From: Hydrurus foetidus
Taxonomy: Eukaryota
Direction: 5' to 3'
Length of the DNA stretch: 32,222 nt
NCBI GenBank assembly: GCA_900617105.1
Contig: UYFQ01000357.1
Coordinates: forward strand, 1-32,222
How positions within the stretch are numbered: the first letter of the stretch is position 1; the number at the start of each line of letters is the position of its first letter. Positions 1 through 12,000 of the stretch are shown piece after piece. The translations under genes and the position numbers were made by a program. Under the pieces are notes generated by a model. It was not told where the DNA came from, ran no database searches, and saw only the letters and a list, made by a program, of their open reading frames with translations.

Positions 1-3000
1 GTCGCCTAGCTGTGCGCCATCAGCTGGTCCTACATCGTCGCCTAGCAGTGCGCCATCAGCTGGTCCTACATCGTCGCCTAGCAGTGCGCCATCAGCTGGT
101 CCTACATCGTCGCCTAGCAGTGCGCCATCTGCTAGGCGACGATCGTCGGACCAGCTGATGGCGCATCAGCTAGGCGACGATCGTCGCCTAGCAGTGCGCC
201 ATCAGCTGGCCTACATCGTCGCCTAGCAGTGCGCCATCAGCTGGTCCTACATCGTCGCCTAGCAGTGCGCCATCAGCTGGTCCTACATCGTCGCCTAGCA
301 GTGCGCCATCAGCTGGTCCTACATCGTCGCCTAGCAGTGCGCCATCAGCTGGTCCTACATCGTCGCCTAGCAGTGCGCCATCAGCTGGTCCTACATCGTC
401 GCCTAGCAGTGCGCCATCAGCTGGTCCTACATCGTCGCCTAGCAGTGCGCCATCAGCTGGTCCTACATCGTCGCCTAGCAGTGCGCCATCAGCTGGTCCT
501 ACATCGTCGCCTAGCAGTGCGCCATCAGCTGGCCTACATCGTCGCCTAGCAGTGCGCCATCAGCTGGTCCTACATCGTCGCCAGCAGTGCGCCATCAGCT
601 GGTCCTACATCGTCGCCTAGCAGTGCGCCATCAGCTGGTCCTACATCGTCGCCTAGCAGTGCGCCATCAGCTGGTCCTACATCGTCGCCTAGCAGTGCGC
701 CTGTTACACCCACATCTTTACCTAGCTTTGCGCATCAAAGTCAAGTTTGAGCGGAAAGCCATCATCAGCACCGACTTTAAAACCATCAGCAACGCCTAGC
801 AGTGCGCCATCAGCTGGTCCTACATCGTCGCCTAGCAGTGCGCCATCAGCTGGTCCTACATCGTCGCCTAGCAGTGCGCCATCAGCTGGTCTACATCGTC
901 GCCTAGCAGTGCGCCATCAGCTGGTCCTACATCGTCGCCTAGCAGTGCGCCATCAGCTGGCCTACATCGTCGCCCAGCAGTGCGCCATCAGCTGGCCTAC
1001 ATCGTCGCCTAGCAGTGCGCCATCAGCTGGTCCTACATCGTCGCCTAGCAGTGCGCCATCAGCTGGTCCTACATCGTCGCCTAGCAGTGCGCCATCAGCT
1101 GGTCCTACATCGTCGCCTAGCAGTGCGCCATCAGCTAGGTCCTACATCGTCGCCTAGCAGTGCGCCATCAGCTAGGCGACATCGTCGCCTCAGCTGATGC
1201 GCATCAGCTAGGCGTACATCGTCGCCAGCAGTGCGCCATCAGCTGGTCCTACATCGTCGCCTAGCAGTGCGCCATCAGCTGGCCTACATCGTCGCCTAGC
1301 AGTGCGCCATCAGCTGGTCCTACATCGTCGCCTAGCAGTGCGCCATCAGCTGGTCCTACATCGTCGCCTAGCAGTGCGCCATCAGCTGGTCCTACATCGT
1401 CGCCTAGCAGTGCGCCTGCTGGTCCCACATCGTCGCCTAGCTTTGCCATCAGCAAGTTTGTCGGAAAGCCATCAGCAGCACCTACAGCTGAACCAACATC
1501 GTCGCCTAGCAGTGCGCCATCAGCTGGTCCTACATCGTCGCCTAGCAGTGCGCCATCAGCTGGTCCTACATCGTCGCCTAGCAGTGCGCCATCAGCTGGT
1601 CCTACATCGTCGCCTAGCAGTGCGCCATCAGCTGAGCCTACATCGTCGCCTAGCAGTGCGCCATCAGCTGGTCCTACATCGTCGCCTAGCAGTGCGCCAT
1701 CAGCTGAGCCTACATCGTCGCCTAGCAGTGCGCCATCAGCTGGTCCTACATCGTCGCCTAGCAGTGCGCCATCAGCTGGTCCTACATCGTCGCCTAGCAG
1801 TGCGCCATCAGCTGGTCCTACATCGTCGCCTAGCAGTGCGCCTGCTGGTCCCACATCGTCGCCTAGCAGTGCGCCATCAGTCAACATCGTCGTCGCCATC
1901 ATCAGCACCGACTTTAAAACCATCAGCAACTCCAAGCAGTGCGCCATCAGCTGAGCCTACATCGTCGCCTAGCAGTGCGCCATCAGCTGGTCCTACATCG
2001 TCGCCTAGCAGTGCGCCATCAGCTGGTCCTACATCGTCGCCTAGCAGTGCGCCATCAGCTGGTCCTACATCGTCGCCTAGCAGTGCGCCATCAGCTGGTC
2101 CTACATCGTCGCCTAGCAGTGCGCCATCAGCTGGTCCTACATCGTCGCCTAGCAGTGCGCCATCAGCTGGCCTACATCGTCGCCTAGCAGTGCGCCATCA
2201 GCTGGTCACATCGTCGCCTAGCAGTGCGCCATCAGCTGGTCCTACATCGTCGCCTAGCAGTGCGCCATCAGCTGGTCCTACATCGTCGCCTAGCAGTGCG
2301 CCATCAGCTGGTCCTACATCGTCGCCTAGCAGTGCGCCATCAGCTGGTCCTACATCGTCGCCTAGCAGTGCGCCATCAGCTGGTCCTACATCGTCGCCTA
2401 GCAGTGCGCCATCAGCTGGTCCTACATCGTCGCCTAGCAGTGCGCCATCAGCTGGTCCTACATCGTCGCCTAGCAGTGCGCCATCAGCTGGTCCTACATC
2501 GTCGCCTAGCAGTGCGCCATCAGCTGGTCCTACATCGTCGCCTAGCAGTGCGCCATCAGCTGGTCCTACATCGTCGCCTAGCAGTGCGCCATCAGCTGGT
2601 CCTACATCGTCGCCTAGCAGTGCGCCATCAGCTGGTCCTACATCGTCGCCTAGCAGTGCGCCATCAGCTGGTCCTACATCGTCGCCTAGCAGTGCGCCAT
2701 CAGCTGGTCCTACATCGTCGCCTAGCAGTGCGCCATCAGCTGGTCCTACATCGTCGCCTAGCAGTGCGCCATCAGCTGGTCCTACATCGTCGCCTAGCAG
2801 TGCGCCATCAGCTGGCCTACATCGTCGCCTAGCAGTGCGCCATCAGCTGGTCCTACATCGTCGCCTAGCAGTGCGCCATCAGCTGGTCCTACATCGTCGC
2901 CTAGCAGTGCGCCATCAGCTGGTCCTACATCGTCGCCTAGCAGTGCGCCATCAGCTGGTCCTACATCGTCGCCTAGCAGTGCGCCTGTTACACCCACATC

Positions 3001-6000
3001 TTTACCTACTTTACCATCGAAGTCAAGTTTGAGCGGAAAGCCATCATCAGCACCTACATCAGAACCAACATCGTCGCCTAGCAGTGCGCCATCAGCTGGT
3101 CCTACATCGTCGCCTAGCAGTGCGCCATCAGCTGGTCCTACATCGTCGCCTAGCAGTGCGCCATCAGCTGGTCCTACATCGTCGCCTAGCAGTGCGCCAT
3201 CAGCTGGTCCTACATCGTCGCCTAGCAGTGCGCCATCAGCTGGTCCTACATCGTCGCCTAGCAGTGCGCCATCAGCTGGTCCTACATCGTCGCCTAGCAG
3301 TGCGCCATCAGCTGAGCCTACATCGTCGCCTAGCAGTGCGCCATCAGCTGGTCCTACATCGTCGCCTAGCAGTGCGCCATCAGCTGGTCCTACATCGTCG
3401 CCTAGCAGTGCGCCATCAGCTGGTCCTACATCGTCGCCTAGCAGTGCGCCATCAGCTGGTCCTACATCGTCGCCTAGCAGTGCGCCATCAGCTGGTCCTA
3501 CATCGTCGCCTAGCAGTGCGCCATCAGCTGGTCCTACATCGTCGCCTAGCAGTGCGCCATCAGCTGGTCCTACATCGTCGCCTAGCAGTGCGCCATCAGC
3601 TGGTCCTACATCGTCGCCTAGCAGTGCGCCATCAGCTGGTCCTACATCGTCGCCTAGCAGTGCGCCATCAGCTGGTCCTACATCGTCGCCTAGCAGTGCG
3701 CCATCAGCTGGTCCTACATCGTCGCCTAGCAGTGCGCCATCAGCTGGTCCTACATCGTCGCCTAGCAGTGCGCCATCAGCTGGTCCTACATCGTCGCCTA
3801 GCAGTGCGCCATCAGCTGGTCCTACATCGTCGCCTAGCAGTGCGCCATCAGCTGGTCCTACATCGTCGCCTAGCAGTGCGCCATCAGCTGGTCCTACATC
3901 GTCGCCTAGCAGTGCGCCATCAGCTGGTCCTACATCGTCGCCTAGCAGTGCGCCATCAGCTGGTCCTACATCGTCGCCTAGCAGTGCGCCATCAGCTGGT
4001 CCTACATCGTCGCCTAGCAGTGCGCCATCAGCTGGTCCTACATCGTCGCCTAGCAGTGCGCCATCAGCTGGTCCTACATCGTCGCCTAGCAGTGCGCCAT
4101 CAGCTGGTCCTACATCGTCGCCTAGCAGTGCGCCATCAGCTGGTCCTACATCGTCGCCTAGCAGTGCGCCATCAGCTGGTCCTACATCGTCGCCTAGCAG
4201 TGCGCCATCAGCTGGTCCTACATCGTCGCCTAGCAGTGCGCCATCAGCTGGTCCTACATCGTCGCCTAGCAGTGCGCCATCAGCTGGTCCTACATCGTCG
4301 CCTAGCAGTGCGCCATCAGCTGGTCCTACATCGTCGCCTAGCAGTGCGCCATCAGCTGGTCCTACATCGTCGCCTAGCAGTGCGCCATCAGCTGGTCCTA
4401 CATCGTCGCCTAGCAGTGCGCCATCAGCTGGTCCTACATCGTCGCCTAGCAGTGCGCCATCAGCTGGTCCTACATCGTCGCCTAGCAGTGCGCCATCAGC
4501 TGGTCCTACATCGTCGCCTAGCAGTGCGCCATCAGCTGGTCCTACATCGTCGCCTAGCAGTGCGCCATCAGCTGGTCCTACATCGTCGCCTAGCAGTGCG
4601 CCATCAGCTGGTCCTACATCGTCGCCTAGCAGTGCGCCATCAGCTGGTGCGCTCAGCATCGTCGCCTAGCAGTGCGCCATCAGCTGGTCCTACATCGTCG
4701 CCTAGCAGTGCGCCATCAGCTGGTCCTACATCGTCGCCTAGCAGTGCGCCATCAGCTGGCCTACATCGTCGCCTAGCAGTGCGCCATCAGCTGGTCCTAC
4801 ATCGTCGCCTAGCAGTGCGCCATCAGCTGGTCCTACATCGTCGCCTAGCAGTGCGCCATCAGCTGGTCCTACATCGTCGCCTAGCAGTGCGCCATCAGCT
4901 GGTCCTACATCGTCGCCTAGCAGTGCGCCATCAGCTGGTCCTACATCGTCGCCTAGCAGTGCGCCATCAGCTGGTCCTACATCGTCGCCTAGCAGTGCGC
5001 CATCAGCTGGTCCTACATCGTCGCCTAGCAGTGCGCCATCAGCTGGTCCTACATCGTCGCCTAGCAGTGCGCCATCAGCTGGTCCTACATCGTCGCCTAG
5101 CAGTGCGCCATCAGCTGGTCCTACATCGTCGCCTAGCAGTGCGCCATCAGCTGGTCCTACATCGTCGCCTAGCAGTGCGCCATCAGCTGGTCCTACATCG
5201 TCGCCTAGCAGTGCGCCATCAGCTGGTCCTACATCGTCGCCTAGCAGTGCGCCATCAGCTGGTCCTACATCGTCGCCTAGCAGTGCGCCATCAGCTGGTC
5301 CTACATCGTCGCCTAGCAGTGCGCCATCAGCTGGTCCTACATCGTCGCCTAGCAGTGCGCCATCAGCTGGTCCTACATCGTCGCCTAGCAGTGCGCCATC
5401 AGCTGGTCCTACATCGTCGCCTAGCAGTGCGCCATCAGCTGGTCCTACATCGTCGCCTAGCAGTGCGCCATCAGCTGGTCCTACATCGTCGCCTAGCAGT
5501 GCGCCATCAGCTGGTCCTACATCGTCGCCTAGCAGTGCGCCATCAGCTGGTCCTACATCGTCGCCTAGCAGTGCGCCATCAGCTGGTCCTACATCGTCGC
5601 CTAGCAGTGCGCCATCAGCTGGTCCTACATCGTCGCCTAGCAGTGCGCCATCAGCTGGTCCTACATCGTCGCCTAGCAGTGCGCCATCAGCTGGTCCTAC
5701 ATCGTCGCCTAGCAGTGCGCCATCAGCTGGTCCTACATCGTCGCCTAGCAGTGCGCCATCAGCTGGTCCTACATCGTCGCCTAGCAGTGCGCCATCAGCT
5801 GGTCCTACATCGTCGCCTAGCAGTGCGCCATCAGCTGGTCCTACATCGTCGCCTAGCAGTGCGCCATCAGCTGGTCCTACATCGTCGCCTAGCAGTGCGC
5901 CATCAGCTGGTCCTACATCGTCGCCTAGCAGTGCGCCATCAGCTGGTCCTACATCGTCGCCTAGCAGTGCGCCATCAGCTGGTCCTACATCGTCGCCTAG

Positions 6001-9000
6001 CAGTGCGCCATCAGCTGGTCCTACATCGTCGCCTAGCAGTGCGCCATCAGCTGGTCCTACATCGTCGCCTAGCAGTGCGCCATCAGCTGGTCCTACATCG
6101 TCGCCTAGCAGTGCGCCATCAGCTGGTCCTACATCGTCGCCTAGCAGTGCGCCATCAGCTGGTCCTACATCGTCGCCTAGCAGTGCGCCATCAGCTGGTC
6201 CTACATCGTCGCCTAGCAGTGCGCCATCAGCTGGTCCTACATCGTCGCCTAGCAGTGCGCCATCAGCTGGTCCTACATCGTCGCCTAGCAGTGCGCCATC
6301 AGCTGGTCCTACATCGTCGCCTAGCAGTGCGCCATCAGCTGGTCCTACATCGTCGCCTAGCAGTGCGCCATCAGCTGCCTACATCGTCGCCTAGCAGTGC
6401 GCCATCAGCTGGTCCTACATCGTCGCCTAGCAGTGCGCCATCAGCTGGTCCTACATCGTCGCCTAGCAGTGCGCCATCAGCTGGTCCTACATCGTCGCCT
6501 AGCAGTGCGCCATCAGCTGGTCCTACATCGTCGCCTAGCAGTGCGCCATCAGCTGGTCCTACATCGTCGCCTAGCAGTGCGCCATCAGCTGGTCCTACAT
6601 CGTCGCCTAGCAGTGCGCCATCAGCTGGTCCTACATCGTCGCCTAGCAGTGCGCCATCAGCTGGTCCTACATCGTCGCCTAGCAGTGCGCCATCAGCTGG
6701 TCCTACATCGTCGCCTAGCAGTGCGCCATCAGCTGGTCCTACATCGTCGCCTAGCAGTGCGCCATCAGCTGGTCCTACATCGTCGCCTAGCAGTGCGCCA
6801 TCAGCTGGTCCTACATCGTCGCCTAGCAGTGCGCCATCAGCTGGTCCTACATCGTCGCCTAGCAGTGCGCCATCAGCTGGTCCTACATCGTCGCCTAGCA
6901 GTGCGCCATCAGCTGGTCCTACATCGTCGCCTAGCAGTGCGCCATCAGCTGGTCCTACATCGTCGCCTAGCAGTGCGCCATCAGCTGGTCCTACATCGTC
7001 GCCTAGCAGTGCGCCATCAGCTGGTCCTACATCGTCGCCTAGCAGTGCGCCATCAGCTGGTCCTACATCGTCGCCTAGCAGTGCGCCATCAGCTGGTCCT
7101 ACATCGTCGCCTAGCAGTGCGCCATCAGCTGGTCCTACATCGTCGCCTAGCAGTGCGCCATCAGCTGGTCCTACATCGTCGCCTAGCAGTGCGCCATCAG
7201 CTGGTCCTACATCGTCGCCTAGCAGTGCGCCATCAGCTGGTCCTACATCGTCGCCTAGCAGTGCGCCATCAGCTGGTCCTACATCGTCGCCTAGCAGTGC
7301 GCCATCAGCTGGTCCTACATCGTCGCCTAGCAGTGCGCCATCAGCTGGTCCTACATCGTCGCCTAGCAGTGCGCCATCAGCTGGTCCTACATCGTCGCCT
7401 AGCAGTGCGCCATCAGCTGGTCCTACATCGTCGCCTAGCAGTGCGCCATCAGCTGGTCCTACATCGTCGCCTAGCAGTGCGCCATCAGCTGGTCCTACAT
7501 CGTCGCCTAGCAGTGCGCCATCAGCTGGTCCTACATCGTCGCCTAGCAGTGCGCCATCAGCTGGTCCTACATCGTCGCCTAGCAGTGCGCCATCAGCTGG
7601 TCCTACATCGTCGCCTAGCAGTGCGCCATCAGCTGGTCCTACATCGTCGCCTAGCAGTGCGCCATCAGCTGGTCCTACATCGTCGCCTAGCAGTGCGCCA
7701 TCAGCTGGTCCTACATCGTCGCCTAGCAGTGCGCCATCAGCTGGTCCTACATCGTCGCCTAGCAGTGCGCCATCAGCTGGTCCTACATCGTCGCCTAGCA
7801 GTGCGCCATCAGCTGGTCCTACATCGTCGCCTAGCAGTGCGCCATCAGCTGGTCCTACATCGTCGCCTAGCAGTGCGCCATCAGCTGGTCCTACATCGTC
7901 GCCTAGCAGTGCGCCATCAGCTGGTCCTACATCGTCGCCTAGCAGTGCGCCATCAGCTGGTCCTACATCGTCGCCTAGCAGTGCGCCATCAGCTGGTCCT
8001 ACATCGTCGCCTAGCAGTGCGCCATCAGCTGGTCCTACATCGTCGCCTAGCAGTGCGCCATCAGCTGGTCCTACATCGTCGCCTAGCAGTGCGCCATCAG
8101 CTGGTCCTACATCGTCGCCTAGCAGTGCGCCATCAGCTGGTCCTACATCGTCGCCTAGCAGTGCGCCATCAGCTGGTCCTACATCGTCGCCTAGCAGTGC
8201 GCCATCAGCTGGTCCTACATCGTCGCCTAGCAGTGCGCCATCAGCTGGTCCTACATCGTCGCCTAGCAGTGCGCCATCAGCTGGTCCTACATCGTCGCCT
8301 AGCAGTGCGCCATCAGCTGGTCCTACATCGTCGCCTAGCAGTGCGCCATCAGCTGGTCCTACATCGTCGCCTAGCAGTGCGCCATCAGCTGGTCCTACAT
8401 CGTCGCCTAGCAGTGCGCCATCAGCTGGTCCTACATCGTCGCCTAGCAGTGCGCCATCAGCTGGTCCTACATCGTCGCCTAGCAGTGCGCCATCAGCTGG
8501 TCCTACATCGTCGCCTAGCAGTGCGCCATCAGCTGGTCCTACATCGTCGCCTAGCAGTGCGCCATCAGCTGGTCCTACATCGTCGCCTAGCAGTGCGCCA
8601 TCAGCTGGTCCTACATCGTCGCCTAGCAGTGCGCCATCAGCTGGTCCTACATCGTCGCCTAGCAGTGCGCCATCAGCTGGTCCTACATCGTCGCCTAGCA
8701 GTGCGCCATCAGCTGGTCCTACATCGTCGCCTAGCAGTGCGCCATCAGCTGGTCCTACATCGTCGCCTAGCAGTGCGCCATCAGCTGGTCCTACATCGTC
8801 GCCTAGCAGTGCGCCATCAGCTGGTCCTACATCGTCGCCTAGCAGTGCGCCATCAGCTGGTCCTACATCGTCGCCTAGCAGTGCGCCATCAGCTGGTCCT
8901 ACATCGTCGCCTAGCAGTGCGCCATCAGCTGGTCCTACATCGTCGCCTAGCAGTGCGCCATCAGCTGGTCCTACATCGTCGCCTAGCAGTGCGCCATCAG

Positions 9001-12000
9001 CTGGTCCTACATCGTCGCCTAGCAGTGCGCCATCAGCTGGTCCTACATCGTCGCCTAGCAGTGCGCCATCAGCTGGTCCTACATCGTCGCCTAGCAGTGC
9101 GCCATCAGCTGGTCCTACATCGTCGCCTAGCAGTGCGCCATCAGCTGGTCCTACATCGTCGCCTAGCAGTGCGCCATCAGCTGGTCCTACATCGTCGCCT
9201 AGCAGTGCGCCATCAGCTGGTCCTACATCGTCGCCTAGCAGTGCGCCATCAGCTGGTCCTACATCGTCGCCTAGCAGTGCGCCATCAGCTGGTCCTACAT
9301 CGTCGCCTAGCAGTGCGCCATCAGCTGGTCCTACATCGTCGCCTAGCAGTGCGCCATCAGCTGGTCCTACATCGTCGCCTAGCAGTGCGCCATCAGCTGG
9401 TCCTACATCGTCGCCTAGCAGTGCGCCATCAGCTGGTCCTACATCGTCGCCTAGCAGTGCGCCATCAGCTGGTCCTACATCGTCGCCTAGCAGTGCGCCA
9501 TCAGCTGGTCCTACATCGTCGCCTAGCAGTGCGCCATCAGCTGGTCCTACATCGTCGCCTAGCAGTGCGCCATCAGCTGGTCCTACATCGTCGCCTAGCA
9601 GTGCGCCATCAGCTGGTCCTACATCGTCGCCTAGCAGTGCGCCATCAGCTGGTCCTACATCGTCGCCTAGCAGTGCGCCATCAGCTGGTCCTACATCGTC
9701 GCCTAGCAGTGCGCCATCAGCTGGTCCTACATCGTCGCCTAGCAGTGCGCCATCAGCTGGTCCTACATCGTCGCCTAGCAGTGCGCCATCAGCTGGTCCT
9801 ACATCGTCGCCTAGCAGTGCGCCATCAGCTGGTCCTACATCGTCGCCTAGCAGTGCGCCATCAGCTGGTCCTACATCGTCGCCTAGCAGTGCGCCATCAG
9901 CTGGTCCTACATCGTCGCCTAGCAGTGCGCCATCAGCTGGTCCTACATCGTCGCCTAGCAGTGCGCCATCAGCTGGTCCTACATCGTCGCCTAGCAGTGC
10001 GCCATCAGCTGGTCCTACATCGTCGCCTAGCAGTGCGCCATCAGCTGGTCCTACATCGTCGCCTAGCAGTGCGCCATCAGCTGGTCCTACATCGTCGCCT
10101 AGCAGTGCGCCATCAGCTGGTCCTACATCGTCGCCTAGCAGTGCGCCATCAGCTGGTCCTACATCGTCGCCTAGCAGTGCGCCATCAGCTGGTCCTACAT
10201 CGTCGCCTAGCAGTGCGCCATCAGCTGGTCCTACATCGTCGCCTAGCAGTGCGCCATCAGCTGGTCCTACATCGTCGCCTAGCAGTGCGCCATCAGCTGG
10301 TCCTACATCGTCGCCTAGCAGTGCGCCATCAGCTGGTCCTACATCGTCGCCTAGCAGTGCGCCATCAGCTGGTCCTACATCGTCGCCTAGCAGTGCGCCA
10401 TCAGCTGGTCCTACATCGTCGCCTAGCAGTGCGCCATCAGCTGGTCCTACATCGTCGCCTAGCAGTGCGCCATCAGCTGGTCCTACATCGTCGCCTAGCA
10501 GTGCGCCATCAGCTGGTCCTACATCGTCGCCTAGCAGTGCGCCATCAGCTGGTCCTACATCGTCGCCTAGCAGTGCGCCATCAGCTGGTCCTACATCGTC
10601 GCCTAGCAGTGCGCCATCAGCTGGTCCTACATCGTCGCCTAGCAGTGCGCCATCAGCTGGTCCTACATCGTCGCCTAGCAGTGCGCCATCAGCTGGTCCT
10701 ACATCGTCGCCTAGCAGTGCGCCATCAGCTGGTCCTACATCGTCGCCTAGCAGTGCGCCATCAGCTGGTCCTACATCGTCGCCTAGCAGTGCGCCATCAG
10801 CTGGTCCTACATCGTCGCCTAGCAGTGCGCCATCAGCTGGTCCTACATCGTCGCCTAGCAGTGCGCCATCAGCTGGTCCTACATCGTCGCCTAGCAGTGC
10901 GCCATCAGCTGGTCCTACATCGTCGCCTAGCAGTGCGCCATCAGCTGGTCCTACATCGTCGCCTAGCAGTGCGCCATCAGCTGGTCCTACATCGTCGCCT
11001 AGCAGTGCGCCATCAGCTGGTCCTACATCGTCGCCTAGCAGTGCGCCATCAGCTGGTCCTACATCGTCGCCTAGCAGTGCGCCATCAGCTGGTCCTACAT
11101 CGTCGCCTAGCAGTGCGCCATCAGCTGGTCCTACATCGTCGCCTAGCAGTGCGCCATCAGCTGGTCCTACATCGTCGCCTAGCAGTGCGCCATCAGCTGG
11201 TCCTACATCGTCGCCTAGCAGTGCGCCATCAGCTGGTCCTACATCGTCGCCTAGCAGTGCGCCATCAGCTGGTCCTACATCGTCGCCTAGCAGTGCGCCA
11301 TCAGCTGGTCCTACATCGTCGCCTAGCAGTGCGCCATCAGCTGGTCCTACATCGTCGCCTAGCAGTGCGCCATCAGCTGGTCCTACATCGTCGCCTAGCA
11401 GTGCGCCATCAGCTGGTCCTACATCGTCGCCTAGCAGTGCGCCATCAGCTGGTCCTACATCGTCGCCTAGCAGTGCGCCATCAGCTGGTCCTACATCGTC
11501 GCCTAGCAGTGCGCCATCAGCTGGTCCTACATCGTCGCCTAGCAGTGCGCCATCAGCTGGTCCTACATCGTCGCCTAGCAGTGCGCCATCAGCTGGTCCT
11601 ACATCGTCGCCTAGCAGTGCGCCATCAGCTGGTCCTACATCGTCGCCTAGCAGTGCGCCATCAGCTGGTCCTACATCGTCGCCTAGCAGTGCGCCATCAG
11701 CTGGTCCTACATCGTCGCCTAGCAGTGCGCCATCAGCTGGTCCTACATCGTCGCCTAGCAGTGCGCCATCAGCTGGTCCTACATCGTCGCCTAGCAGTGC
11801 GCCATCAGCTGGTCCTACATCGTCGCCTAGCAGTGCGCCATCAGCTGGTCCTACATCGTCGCCTAGCAGTGCGCCATCAGCTGGTCCTACATCGTCGCCT
11901 AGCAGTGCGCCATCAGCTGGTCCTACATCGTCGCCTAGCAGTGCGCCATCAGCTGGTCCTACATCGTCGCCTAGCAGTGCGCCATCAGCTGGTCCTACAT

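Noticed and set aside
200..6380. Programmed frameshifting or phase variation from 1-2 bp indels (ggtcc to ggcc, etc.)
   Set aside because: Indels cluster toward the window start alongside other mosaic errors and show no slippery site. Sequencing or consensus error is the simpler explanation.
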